Made by a program: the position numbers and the translations under genes
Assembly (NCBI RefSeq): GCF_001194135.2
Contig: NC_068999.1
Coordinates: forward strand, 33,015,910-33,079,909
DNA length: 64,000 nucleotides
Direction of reading: 5' to 3'
From: Octopus bimaculoides
Lineage: Eukaryota
Notes under the pieces: model-generated
What the model was told of the DNA's origin: nothing
Seen by the model: only the letters and a program-made list of their open reading frames with translations
Database searches by the model: none
Shown here: positions 22,301 to 36,905 of the stretch, piece by piece
How positions within the stretch are numbered: position 1 is the stretch's first letter
How the letters are laid out: each line of letters opens with the position of its first letter

Positions 22301-25300
22301 AGCTCATTCTCTCTTTCAAAGTCCGGTACCAATATTGGCCTTGCAAAAAAATTGAAGGATATACTTGTGTTATTGTACCTTTGCAAAGTCTGCTGAAATT
22401 CTTTTTCGTTATTCTTATTTACACTAATTAATACCTACAACATTTCTTCACATACCACCGAGGAGGCCTCTCCATGGTTGCACAACCTGTTAGAAACAGC
22501 AGCCAAATCTTATTCCAATTGTACCCTAGCATCTTTAAAAAGGAAGAGACATTAAACTAGGTACACTTCCTGAACTAAAGAATAGTCACAGCTGCTCTAT
22601 ACTGTTATATTTCTGCTCATTCAGAAGCTCACCCAAGTTTAAAAACCTAGTCTTCATCACTTTAATAGTCCTCATAAATGTCATTGGTTTTACTCTCTGC
22701 CATTTTAGTCAGATCTGTAGTCCTGGTATGTCTCGTATGAAGCTGCTACAATGCTTGCCTTACCCTACAGTCCTTTTCATTCACTCACCCATTGCTAATC
22801 ATATTGTTCATCCTGTAAATGAAATAGTTAAGTAGTCTGTATTGGCACTTATCCATGCAATATAGATGAGGAATGGAGCTACAAGCTTCTTTCCCAAGTT
22901 CATTCTGATAAGGTAAATGATACCACTAGCCAGTCCATTGGGATGTTGGTCACATATTACTTACTTGAAAGTAGTGGTGGTTGTGATGGTCAATTTAATA
23001 GACTGTGACTGACTTATTCTATTTAGTAAATATCCCACCACCCAAATAGGGAGAGGTTTTAACTGTGTAGCCACCAAAGTTTATGCTGCTGTTGTCAACA
23101 AGCTAAAAGGAGAGTTTCTACAGTACTGCTCAACCTCATAGAAATAGTAACTAAATCTCTCAAGTTCACAAGCACCATCTTTAAAACTAGAAGGTCATAT
23201 GTCAAATAATGTAGTCTTAGTTAAAGACTGGGTAGTCATGTCTGGAATATTTTTTTGACTAGAGGTCTGGTTGACCTGGGGCTAAACAACAACTGCAAGT
23301 ACCAGAGACTATCTGAACATAAGCAGCCAAAGCTTACACCTACATACACCCTCCCACACACACACACACCTACATACACCCCCACACACACACCTACACA
23401 TTAATATGCATGCATAAGCACACACACACACATTCACATACACCCTTACACATGCAGCCTCTCCTTCCCCACCCATACAATATTATAAGCAACACTACAG
23501 CTATTTCACTGTCTGTTCATAACAGCTGTTCACTTCTCACTGCAGCTAATCTGATTTATCTTGTCTTTTCTTCAATATCCATTATTGTTGTAATCCAGTT
23601 TAATCGCTACCATTATATCATTAATCCTAATTAACTTTTTGGTTTTTCATAAATTCATCTATCATAATTGATACAATCACATTTTAGTCATGAAACAGCA
23701 TTCCATTACTCCCACAGACCCCCACCCACTCACCATCATCCATCCTTCACTTTTGTCTTTTTATTTGTAGGTTTGTCTGTCTGTGTAGATGGGTAGGTGG
23801 GACAGTGTTTTGATTTAATTCTTTACGTCCTTTCCTCCAGACCAATTCAATAAAAATATGAAAAATAAATAAATTCCTAACTATACAAAGCCTCATTCAC
23901 TTATGGAATTTGCCCAGCATACCAACAGAATTTAGAACGATAATGTTCATATCTAGTTTGTGTGTGTGTGTGTGTGAAACATCTTCATTTTTTTTATATT
24001 TGTATTATTATTATTATTATTACAGAGTACATTACCACACTGGTTTTCAGTCTTCTGCCTCTACAATTTTGGCATCTTTGTGTGTGTGTTTGAACAAAAA
24101 AATTAGTATAAAGAGTAGATGAGAATTGAACCCACATATTCTACTCTAGTGTTATATTATTAACAACATTATTCTGCTTCTGACTTGTGGCTTCCTCTCT
24201 GTATTCTATTTCTTGTATTCTTACATTACATCTTTCAATTTTATATTAGAGAAGGTAGCATATCAGTTTGTAATCTATTAGAACGCTTTTGTGGTAGACA
24301 GTTTGTGACTGTGGAATTGGTATTGTTAATCTTGGATCTTCGTGTTCCTTTGATTAGTATGTGTACAGGTGAACTAACAATTGAAAATCAATTCGTGCCA
24401 CTGGAGCCAATGACCCGAACGTATATTTAGAATATTTAGTCAAACAGCAAAAACAAAGATTTCAGATTAATGGATTGTACTTGAACCTGTACACTTGAAT
24501 TAAATCTTCTAGTGAGTGTAAGTTGTATTACATCAGTTTATGTCTAATCCATTTACTTCTTACTGGTAAATCGATACTGTTTCTCTATAAGCTGCACTGA
24601 TCAACATTGATCAGAATAAATGTTAACTGCCATAACAAACCGAACCTTCACAAAGTATTCATCAAGCGCAAGGCATCATTTACAATTCATTAATCTCAGA
24701 CTTATCTTTATTAAACTAATGTTTCAGCTATTTTTTTTTTTTCCTAAAAACATTCTTAGATATTAAACCTGAGAGTGCAAGAAGTTGTTATTGTCAAAAA
24801 TCCTCAAAACTTGAGTTTTACTCAATAGCTTCCTTATGAGAACCACATTTGGTCAAAAAGTTAAAGGTTCATATTCAGTTATCAGTACTGTGTGCTGTCT
24901 TTAAGGAGAAACTTAAGCTTTTTGTTTCCATATTTCTTTTAAAATAGACTGCTTTTATTTCAATAAATCTGGAAAATGAAGAATTAATGAAATAGTTTTG
25001 TCATAATTAAGCTGGTGTTTGGAACATAACCTGAAATTTTGATAAAAGGGTTAATGTTTCTTGGCTTAGTCAACCTTGCTGTAAATATATAGCATGCAGT
25101 CAGTAGGGTGTGGAGACACTGCAGAATGAAATACAGATTTTAATAGAATGAGGGCTTCTAACTGGATCTTTATTGAAGACATTCTAAGACAGCTGTCTTG
25201 ATAATTTCCTGCTCTGAAAAAATATTGGGCCATTGAATATTCCATGAAATAAATCAATGCTCATGTTGATTGACTTACATTAAGTTGTTGCAAGATAATA

Positions 25301-28300
25301 GAGGGATAGATGGATAAATAGATAGATATAGATATGCACGTATGAATTTTGTAACAATGTAAGACAATCAACTAAAATGTTTGTGTTTGTGTGTCTATAT
25401 GATTGTATGTCTGTGTGTAGGTATGTATTTACGTCTATGTGCAAGATGTGTGTGTGTGTGTGTGTGTATGTGCATCATAATTACCATTTTAATGTCCACT
25501 TTTCCATGCTTGCATGAGTCAGATGGAGCTTTTTGGGGGCTGATTTTCTACAGCCAGATGCCCTTCCTGTCACCAACCCTCACGTTTCCGAGCAAAGTAA
25601 TATTTCCCCATGACAAGTTCTCATAGATTATTGAAAACTAATGATATTGCTTATTTGACTGACTCACATTTACAACTACAGCAGGATGTCAAGACAAAGA
25701 GACACAAACATACTCTCACTCATCCCCTCTATATATGTATGTGTGTATGTATACATGTGTATTTGTGTGTGTACATATGCATCTGTATTTGTGTGTATAT
25801 ATGCATCTGTGTGTGGTGTACACAAGAAGTTATGGGTTAGTGAAGGAGAATAAAGACCGAAACAGAATCTGATTGCATAAAGCGGTGTCTATCATTAAAT
25901 ATCATGTTCTTCTAGAACATTTCTGATTACAATAAATGTGAGAAATAACCTGAAAGTATCCAGTAATTACTGACAGATTCTGTTCTAGGAATCAATAAAT
26001 GAACTATGTTAATAAATAGACAATTACATCAGTGAAAATATATTTAATGATTGGAAAATGAAATGAATCATGTATAGTTAATTTTAAAAATTTTGTTTTT
26101 CTTTTTGAGTTGTTAAATCTTTGTGGTCTATAATTAATTTTGGTTGTGTGTAAGGGCAGTGGATGGTAGAACTGGTAGAGTAACTGGCAGAATGGTTGTG
26201 TTGAACTGAAGACTCAGTAGGGTGACGGACAACACAGTGATGGTGAACAGAAGAATGAGTAGAGTGACAGTGGTGGATGCTACTGTACAGACTAAATGCT
26301 GGATGGTATAATTGCTTGTGTGTTAGATAATGTCTTAACCTTGCAGCATTGGCTGCAAACCCAGGTGTTACTGCCTGTAATGCAGAGGAGAGAAAAGTCA
26401 ATAAGTATAATGGCCTGGCTGACCAGCTGCTATCAGTTTTGTACCAGTCACTGTTGAGATGTCAGGTGTTCTGGAACCCCATACTACTACTTTCCTCTAC
26501 AAAACAGAGATAATGGCAGTCCATCGGAGAAACAAGCCTCACAAGGTGGAATGGCTGCTGCAGGTAGGGTCCCTGGCTATTCTCTGCAGCAACGACATTG
26601 TGGCCATTATCATGAGTATTGCTGACCATACTATTTGTTCTGGGATATGTGGACCATCACCCCCCACATCTGCCACTATCTGTTGCTTTACTCCTCCATC
26701 ATCAATTTGTCCCCTTTTCTCTTTTTTCCTTTCTTATCTCTCTTCCTTCCTGTTTGTTTGTATTTAAATGTTCTTATAAAATAAAGATATTGTATTGAAT
26801 TATATTGTTTTATGTTCTTGAGGATATGCTCTGATAGCACTTCATGTACTCTTTTTGATTTGTCCAAAGCTACATTATCTACTATATCCTTCTGAGAAAG
26901 ATTTGGCTGTTGTTTCTAGTAGGTGGAATAACTCTGTAGAGGCTTTCTTGTTGTGGACCGCATTTTTCTGACTGGTGGTGAACTGTACTTCTCTATGGTA
27001 CCTATCTACAGTTATTTGGTCTTTTAGTCTTTTATTTGGAATACAGCAGCACATTGTAACCAACCAAACAACCAACCAATTGAAAAACAACTGAGTTAAC
27101 AAGTGCAATTCTGTATTGAGTAGTGACTAATTGTATTGTAGGTTCCATTGTTGTCTGACTTGGTCTCTCTTTCTCTCTCTATCTCTCTCTCTCTCTCTCT
27201 CTTTGCCTTGCTCCTGTGTTGTAGTAGCATTCATTCTTCAACCCTTGCTGTCTACATATTTTATTAACTATATACACTGAATCAACCAATTTAACTAAAT
27301 GACATTTGAAGCATTATAGAATGAAATATTGTCCCTCCCCCTCCTTTTGTTGTCTCTGTTCCCCCTCTGTCACAGTTTTTGTTTTCTCTCTTTCTCTTTC
27401 CTCCTCCTACAATTGTGCAGCTTTTTACTTCTCCACCTGTCTAACACCACCATCCCTGTCCATCTTCCTCCTTTTGCCACAGCCACTGCCACTACCATAA
27501 ACACCTCTGCAGTTACAGGCTGTAGTAGGATGTGGGGTATGGTACTTATTGTATCTATCTTCTTTAGAATTGATTGATTGATCCATCCTCTATAAACAAC
27601 CAGCTGTGATTTAGCTGGGCTTTTACTGTATCTTCAGACATGAATGACTGCTCCAGTTGAGGTGAACACCATCCCCACCATTCAGTGCACACACACACAC
27701 ACACACACACACAGCTTCAGACATATCCACAGATGAACACATTTCTACACTCACATACCTACACAGTGTACATTTGTCATGTCTTACTTTCAGATGCCCC
27801 CCCCTCTCTCTAACACATACACACTCACTCACTCTCTCACTCCAGTACACCTCACCCCTCTTCTGTGAGACCACAACTCGCATATCATCCAGAAGTCACC
27901 ATCATTCAATATATTTATTTGCCATGTTTGGACTACCACTATCTCCACAACACTTAATGACACTATCATTGTTCCTACCACAAACATATAAAAGGCCACT
28001 GCAGCTATTACCACTATCACCACTACTACCACAACCACTATTACAATCTCCTTAATATCCAATTTTTGTGGTTATTATTTGATTAATATTCCAATTTCGG
28101 TTGTTATTCCGTTAAGTATTCACATGACTGGTGTTAGTGTGTATATTCATACAACTGTTTTGAATACCTGTATATATGATTGTGTGTGTATATACTGGCT
28201 GTGTAGTTCCGGGTTCAGTCCCACTGTGTGGCACCTTGGGCGAGTGGAAACTGAAAGAAGCCTGTTATACGTATATGTTTGTGTGTTTGTTTGTTCCCCC

Positions 28301-29343
28301 AACATTGCTTGACAACTGATGCTGATGTGTTTACATCCCCATAACTTAGCGGTTCAGCAAAAGAGACCATTAGAATAAGTACAAGGCTTATAAAGAATAA
28401 GTCCTAGGGTCGATTTGCTAGACTAAAGGTGGTGCTCCAGCATGGCCGCAGTCAAATGACAAACAAATAAAAGAATAAATGTATATGGTGGTATTTTACT
28501 TGGAAGAATTGAAGAGGAGGTAATTAAGCAACAAGATGTTATGTTACCACTTGAAACAGATGTATTAAATGCATTCAAAATATCAGTAATTGGTTTGGGG
28601 ATTATTCTAACACACACACACACACACGCACATTATTATTTATATATTTATTGTTGTGCCTTGGGAGAGTCATTACGCCAATAATAATGATGCATGCACA
28701 GGTTCAATTCCACTTCTTTATTTTAGTCAATTGGTTAAATATCTAAGCAACTAACTAATTGATTATTTGTATAACCAGCACATAAAACAAACGATCAATT
28801 AGTTAGTTGGATAGATACTTAACCAATTGACTAACATGAAAGAAGTAGAAATGTACCTGTGCATGTGTTGTTATTGGTGTAATGACCCTCCCAAGACACA
28901 ATAAAATTTGTTTCAACCCACTAATTCACATTGAGAATCTTGCAAACCAAATACAAAACCAATATAGTTATTTGCAGTTGTCCAGTGAATCTTTCACTGG
29001 TGTTCTGTATTTCTGCTGGTGAAAATGTCAAGAGATTGTCTGGCCAACTTTGTGCAGAGCAGACACTGCACAGGTCAAAGCACTGTTTCTTTCTTCAACA
29101 TTGTTTCAGTGTTTTACTGATATTCATCAGCAAGACTTACACATACATATATGCTTGTTGCCAATATGCATCAGCAAAGCGTAAAAGAAAATATGAGAGA
29201 ATGAGATGACAAAGGAAAAAATGATTATCTTATTAACTTCATTAGCTTACAGTTGTTTCTGCTATAAGATGCAGTCAGGTTCATAGTTGATTGCCTGAGT
29301 AACAACTTATAGTTTAATCAGGGCTTCAATCAAAAGACAAATA

Positions 29344-29712
29344 GTGCTGGCAAAATTTGCATTCTCTAAATTGTATAACGTCTTGAGAAACTTTATTCTT
29401 AGTGTCAAGACCAAGATTCATATATCTAACTGCTATGTCTACTTTGTGTTAATGTATAGAAGTGTGGCATGGTCTGTAACATCGAAAATGGGGAGGTGCT
29501 CGGAGAGTTGTGAAGTGTGGTTCTTAAAGAGAATATTGGACAAAGTGTCAAATGAAGGAGTGATGACCTGGGCTACAGTAAACAGGAAACTGCTTCGTAA
29601 TATAAGGACCAAGCAACCGAGATATTTTGGTCATGTGGTGAGGAAAGAGGGTCTAGAGAATTTAATGATGACCAGAAAGATTGAAGGGAAAGGGAGCAGA
29701 GAAAGAGAATGA
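29344..29712 (+). mobile_element. RTE-clade LINE relic (C-terminal part of the RT ORF)
   Basis: AFSKL...KTKIHISNCYV..VLMY...AWS...EVWFLKRIL.DKVSNE...RYFGHVVRKEGLENLMMTRKIEGK is typical of the RTE/BovB ORF end. Confidence 0.8.
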
Positions 29713-30107
29713 TGTTATATATATAACATGATTGATATATATATATATATATATATATATTATGGTATCATCCAGACTGTTACACTCCACTGGTCACTAT
29801 GCACTTTCAAATAATGCTACTCTACTAGATAGGCAAACAAGCTAATTTTGTGTGTGTGTGTGTGTGTGTGTGTAAATACACACATACAGTGGTTTCCTGC
29901 AAAGTTTCTGTCTGCAAAATTCTAGTCAAAGGCATCAATCAACCTGAAATGAAGGTTGAAGACAGGAGCTATTGCAAGAACTTTGGTTAGGCCACACTTC
30001 TTGCAATGGAATCAATCACAAAAATTCTGTGGTTTTAAAGTGAACTTTTAATTACATACATACAGGCCAGTTGTGCTCTCAAGTGCAATTAGTTCAACTT
30101 TTAATAC

Positions 30108-30138
<31 letters not shown>

Positions 30139-32150
30139 GGTTAAAAGTTCAACTATATATGATGTTAATAATAATCTCACATACACACACACCAATCATC
30201 TTACCCATTTCCATCAGTTCAAGTTTGAAATTCATTTCATAAAACAAATTCTTATATTTGTAAATCAGTTCTTTGGTTGTTGTTGTTGTTGTTGTTGTTG
30301 GTGGTGGTGTGTGTGTGTGTGTGCAATTTCATATTTTGTCTTTGAAACTTTATATTTTTATCACCATCAGTAAAACTATCTTTCATTTAAAATTTTTCAC
30401 TTTAGTCTTTATTTTTATTTATCTCTTCCACTTCTTTCCCCCCCCCCCTCACCTCCTTCAAAATGACATAGATTCTAATGGCATTTCTGAAAAATGTTCA
30501 AAATCAATTTTTAAGAACATTATTATTATTTATCATTATTTAAAGTCAGAGTCAAAATCATCATTATTAATGTAGTGTTTTAAACGTCTTGTTAATGAAC
30601 ATAGTCCATTGTTTGAGGCAAGTGTCACAACAACAATAACAACAACAATAGCATTAATAACAACATAGCAACATCTACTCTATTTCTGCTCCAGGAATAT
30701 TCCACCTCGCTTCACTCACTCTTCATTTATTAATTAGTTCAATGAAAGAAGAAAAAATAAACTGATGTAGTTTGTTTTTCTGGTTTTTCCCTTCCATATT
30801 ATTTGTATGTATGTTAACTTTTGTGCTTGTGTGTGTATAATGCTTGAATGCTTCTTGCATATGTATGTGTACAAGTATGTTTATGATGTGTGTCTGTATA
30901 GTTTTGTTTGTATGTATAATTTTGCATTTGAGTAGTTTTGTGTGTGTGTAGTTGCATGTATGCGGTTATTTGCAGTTCTATGTAAATGTTGATGTGTGTA
31001 CGCCATGATTTGTGATTCTGTGTATATGCTGGTGTATGCATAGTGATGTGGTATCGCTCTGCATTATCTGTTAAGATGGTTTCAAGACATTTGAAATTCC
31101 AAAACAATTGGCCAAGTGATGCCATCAAAAAAGAAAAAAAGAATCCTCAAATTTTTTCCTTCCTTTCACTGACATTTTGCTGGAGCTTTTCAATTTACAA
31201 AATTACTTGTTTCATTTAGTTAGCTTTACTGTTGTTGTGAACTTTGCTTCATAATTTGTATAATTTGTCGAACATTAATTAAACAAGGCAATATTATTAG
31301 TTCTATTAATTCGATCTTTGATGTCCTCCTTCGTTTACCTCACTAATCTTTCACATCAACTGTTCATAGAATTCATTTTCTGTTCATTTTCCACCATCAT
31401 AATTAGTAGAATCCCTAATTACCAAATATTTGTTTGATGGGGACCAAACTTTTCATTCTAGATCGTTGTCCTAGCTTCACCAAGTTATCTGGTTCCTGAA
31501 ATCAAAATACATTAGCTCTGATTAATACAGTAGGGTGAATTCTACCACCACAGCATTCTAGTGACACATACACAAAGTTGTGGTGATGCTGTTGTAAAGG
31601 GTTTAACACAGGTTTGAATTATACAGTCAGTTGCATTTGTGGTACCTAGTTGTAGTTGCACTGTAACAGATGTAAGTAATGTGACACAAGTTAGAATTCC
31701 TATTTTTACTTCTTCATTCTGCCATTAATGGAATTATTTGACAATTAACTGCCAAACGAAGTTTGTTTATTGATTTGATTTTGTTTAAAATTCTATGCTC
31801 TGTTTGGTTCTGGGATATAAACACAAGGGAGTTCTGCAACTAGTCTCTATATTGTCTCAGAGAACTAGCTAACCAAAATATATCTCACTGTACGACAGGA
31901 CTGCTTCAATAGGACATTCACCCAGCTTCACCAATGTTAGGTTCCTATTGCAAACAAGAAAGATAGCTTGTCTAGGAATGAACATTTACTTCACATCTCT
32001 TCTCCTTCCATTACACCAAGTCAAGTCTGTTATTACATCATGTAATATATTTTCTGCTTTTGATGAAATCTTATGAAGCCAATATTGGAAGCTAGGTTTC
32101 TCAGTAATGTTGTTTCTTTGTGTGTGTCCATATATACATGTGGATATGTT

Positions 32151-32198
<48 letters not shown>

Positions 32199-32296
32199 TA
32201 TACATATCAATGTATTTATGCATGTGTGTGTGCATGTGTGTTTATGAATTTGTGATGCAAGATTCCTAATGTGAAGTTGTGTTGAAACAGATATTG

Positions 32297-32665
32297 TTGT
32301 ATTTCAGGATGGTCTTTTTTTTTTTTTTGCCAAATAAACACACACACACACACTATATATTCAGTCTTCACTTGTTTGTTACTGTTCTTATTTTGACTTG
32401 TGTCCTCTGTCCATAAATCTTTCATCACACATCTGTGACCTCTTCAGCAATACTTTCTGTGTGTGCTCTTGCTCTGCTTATTCCATTTTGTTAAGCAGAG
32501 CAAGAGCACAAGTGAAGACGGAAAGTATCGCTGAGAAGGTCACAGATGTGTGACGAAAGATTTCCAGGCAATAGACATGAGTTAGAATAAGAACAGTAAT
32601 AAATGAGTAAAGAATGAATATATAATACATTTTGTGCAAAAAAAAAAAAAGACTCCCGAAATACA

Positions 32666-32666
<1 letters not shown>
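32297..32666. repeat. Long imperfect inverted repeat (two ~180-bp arms, 11-nt loop)
   Basis: Perfect 19-bp stem between 32462-32480 and 32492-32510; ~43-bp near-perfect stem below it; alignable out to TTGTATTTC / GAAATACAA. Confidence 0.92.
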
Positions 32667-32696
<30 letters not shown>

Positions 32697-35600
32697 AAAA
32701 ATGGTGTGGCAATGTCAAAGTTTATTGCAAAGTCCCCTCCTGAAGTATCATTGCCTTTGCATAGTCTAACAAGATCTCAGATCCTTAATCCTCATTTTAC
32801 TATGGAAAGAACTATGTGAGACTTAACTGAAATCTATGAAATGACTTTCTAAGAAATATATTTAAACACATGAATTAAGCTCCTGTTTTTCAGGGTACCA
32901 TAGTTTTAGATAACAATTGTTGGCCTTAACAAGTATTTTTATAATCTAGAGGTCATAAATAACTTTGATGTCAATGTCTATTATTGAGTGGAGACACAAA
33001 TTCCAGTAAAAGCTTACTAAGAAAAATAGTAATTCTCTAATTTCACCCATCTCCACCCATTAAATCAGGTTAAGAGTGGCTGGTTTAAAGGAAGTCACGC
33101 AAGCCAGTAAAGCCTTCATCACCCCTATTCCAAGGGACACTTAATAGCAGGACCTAAACTCCACACTATCAGCTAAAAAAAATTCCTGTTCTTACCACAT
33201 CCTGTAGTATTAAGCTACTCTTTCACTGTGCTATTCGAATATAAAGTATTACAACCAACATTTCATTATTCTATCACTTCAATCAGCTGTGACTATTTCT
33301 ACTGAATCCATTTGAGGTAACATTGATGAATCTATTAAAAGGCTTGTCTAACTAATAATTCTTATGTGGATTTATCATTACCAACACTGATTAATTATTA
33401 CCACCACCAGTTTCCCTATATTCTGGATTTTCCATATTTACTAAAATATCTTAATGAATATTTTAACAGCTGTAAAAGTATATTGATGACTTGGCAGCTA
33501 AACTTTGGATTTTAATGGATATTTAAATTTAGGAGACATTATACTATTATATCATCCACTTTTCTCTATTGTTATATTCTTCACATAAATAACACACTGT
33601 ATTCTTACTTCCCACTATATGTATATCTCCCTAGCTCCCACTACATCCTTGCTGTCTCCCCATTTTTCATCCCTCTATTGTTATACACTATAATTATCAT
33701 CATAACTATCTTGACTGTCACAACTCCCAGTGTCATGTATTTTGAGTGCCACCTCCCCTTCTACTAATACAGTTACTAATACATTACTTCACATACCGCT
33801 TGGCAGGTAACCCCACACAATGTGTATGTGTACATGTAACATATATCACTGTGACCTCATGACCTTGTTTTTTTTATATAACATCAGTCTTGTTGTTATG
33901 TCATGTCTACCACACCTAATTTTCTGCTAGTTTCCAAAACTCACAAGCTTAACTTACTAGAAATAGTAGCAAATTCGCACTCAAATCTCACCCTATTGTC
34001 TTGAAGATACATTGAAGAATTTATTCCTAGACATCCTTAAAAAGACAAGATAGTCATGGCTGGAATACCATACATTGTGGTCTGCTTGATCAGCTGAGGT
34101 TTACTTGTTGCTAAATGACACCAGCCAAGATAGTGGAGTGCTTGAAGATACTTTTCATAAGAATGAAGGTACCTGAACATTCTTACCGTAGGAATGATTT
34201 ACTTTTCGTCTCAATATTATTTATTGAAACTGGTGTTACACTGGCATATAGCCCTCCTCTTTCATGCAATAGAAACTGGTGTTATGTACAGCGTTCCTAC
34301 AATCCACCGTTTTCATATCATAGGAACTAGTTCTACTAGCCTATAGACCAATCTACATGTTTATAAAAGAGTCAACTTTTCTCAGATTTCTGTAGCACAC
34401 ATTTACCAAATGAATGCCACAACATCTCGTAGATGTCCCATTCTTTAAGGATCAGTTAAATTGTAAATATCTGTGACACCTTTCTAACATGTCATCAATA
34501 TTATCATCATTGCCGCTAACTGTGCTTCATTTACTGTGTCAAGTTCCTGCTGTGAAACAAAATCACTACCTTGTTGGTGGTGGTGTTGTTAATGTACCAT
34601 CACATAATACTTTTATGGCATGACACATTTCCTGTGACATTGTCAATATTTCACTTACACTAGTCAGGTATGTAATATTATTCTCTCTCACACACACATG
34701 TATATTCATACAAATGTAAGATAAACTTAAAAGTATGTAATTTAAGTCAAAATTAATTTTATCCTCCCCATGAAAAGTCTAAACTGTGGTTAAACCATGT
34801 TTTTTTTGTTTTTTTATATATCTCCATGACCAGAAACAGCCATATTTCTAAGTTTCAGTGTTTTTATTGCTTCATCAGTCAATTGTAATTGCTTTCCAAT
34901 TAAAAAATTGACAATGCCAAGTAATACAATTATTATATGCTAAAATACAAGTAACAATGATTAGGTGGACTGTCATTGAATGTTAGATTACTTTTAACAT
35001 TACCGCTACCACCACATCCAATCTGTACCACTACCACAGCACAAAGATAAAGCTTTTTAAACTTATTCTTACAATGACAACTTTATTTCATTATTTCTTG
35101 CTTTTCTGATTTCTTTGAACATTTGTTTCTTTTCTTTTTCTGTCTGTGATCTCTTGGCTATTCACTTAATTCTTCCTCCCCCCACCAATGCTGAGTTAGA
35201 TACTTGTGTGTGCGTGCGTGCATGTACATAACTAGGTTTGTTGATTATAATCATAGTAGTATTTAATTGTGTGTACTCGCTGCAGACCAAAACCATCAGA
35301 AATAGGTTGTCAACCCCATATCCGTTCAAGCTGAACTAACCACAAATGTGTGAAGGTGTGTAGGTTGTTGATGTGTTTGTAGTTTTAAGGTGAGGTTTAT
35401 GTATCCGTTTGTGTTAGGGTCAGTCTGTATTCGTTCTCAAAGGGACACAGCAGCCAAGGCAGAAGATGAGGCAGTGTTCTTTTTGATAGTAAGAAACGGA
35501 AAAACTGAGAGATGGGGAAAACTGTGTGCAGCTTACTACTGACTTGAAGTGGTCCCCTACTGATGATGTGTTGTTGTTTAGGCTGAAGTCAGATAAATGT

Positions 35601-36002
35601 TCAGTGTAGTGATCCACTAACCTATGGTTATATTTTGTTTTGATTTTTCCAAAACTATGTGACCACAGAATTGACACCTGCACCTCAAACATACATAAAA
35701 TAATGAAGAATTAGAGTGTGTGATAAGTGAACATGGAGGATTATTAGAATGTGGTTAAGAGTACCTGTGATAAAATATATTTAACATTTTGAAGTCTAAT
35801 ATAATGTTGGCCAACTATGAGACAAATACCAAAGAAAATGCTTCTTTATGTAAAGTAAAAATGGCTCAAATGAAACACAGCATTCCAACCTGTAAAAACT
35901 ATCAAAATTAAGAACATGTTACTTACAATTGGCCAGAAATGATGTTAAGGACAGTGATATGCAGGAACAGAAAGTCTATTTTGAGCTGATCCCATTGTTT
36001 AA

Positions 36003-36222
36003 CTCTTTTAGCATTTAATCCAGCCATATCCAGCTCAAATATTCTACCTGTTTTATGTTAAAACTGACCAGATCCAACCTCTTGTACATATTCTACAATG
36101 TCATTCTAAAAATATACAAACATGCCATTGAAATCTCAAAGCTATGAGATAATGCATGAACGATTCAAAGTATGTGAATAAATAAGCATTACATTTGACA
36201 AAGAAATCTAAATGCTAAAGGG
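36003..36222 (-). mobile_element. piggyBac-like MITE (220 bp), opposite orientation to the 14780 copy
   Basis: TTAA|CTCTTTTAGCAT...ATGCTAAAGGG|TTAA. Confidence 0.7.
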
Positions 36223-36905
36223 TTAATGTTTTTATAATAAACTATGAAAGTCTGTTTCATTGGATAGAAATAGTCAATTTGCAAAACTCAGCTGGCTAGT
36301 GGGTCTTATTCTGAGTCCTTTTGAAATCATCAGAAAACCAGTGTGTGTGGGTGTGGATGCACACACCTTTCTCTCATAGCCATTGTCATCATAATTCAGT
36401 GATGACAGACTTGGGAATATTTCATCCTCCTCTCTCCACTACTGCTTGATTCACGAGGGACACTTAACATGCTAGAATTAGCAGCCATATCACATTCCAC
36501 TGACATAATTATGTTTCTTTAAATGTGCAATTTTGTACTTAATTCCAGTGTAGGTTCGATTGCTGATTTTATATTGTTTGTAGATAGTATTTTATTACAT
36601 TTGTTTGTGACAATTGACTCTTCTCACTTGTAATGCTTTCTTCATAATGTGGGAGAATGAACCCCCCCCCCTCCATTCACCTTCTCAAACTTTTCTTCTG
36701 TTAAAGGTAATCCTCTAAGAGGATTAAGACATGATTGTATCCAAAGACCTGGTTTTCAGCAGTATCACAGTGATGATAATAACAGCAACACTTCATATCA
36801 CTGTACTAACTTTTGTGTTCACTAAACCTGCAATTATTTGAGATGTGTTTATTGTAATGTTCACTGTTTATTCATGTCGACTCATTCTTTCCATTGATTT
36901 TGCAG

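Noticed and set aside
26459-26767. 102-aa ORF in GC-richer sequence
   Set aside because: No recognisable domain or usable splice sites; probably a decayed repeat I cannot classify.
32297-32666. G:U-biased substitutions proving selection on the + strand RNA hairpin
   Set aside because: By my manual count, transitions compatible with wobble on + (about 9) and on - (about 8) are balanced, so there is no strand bias.
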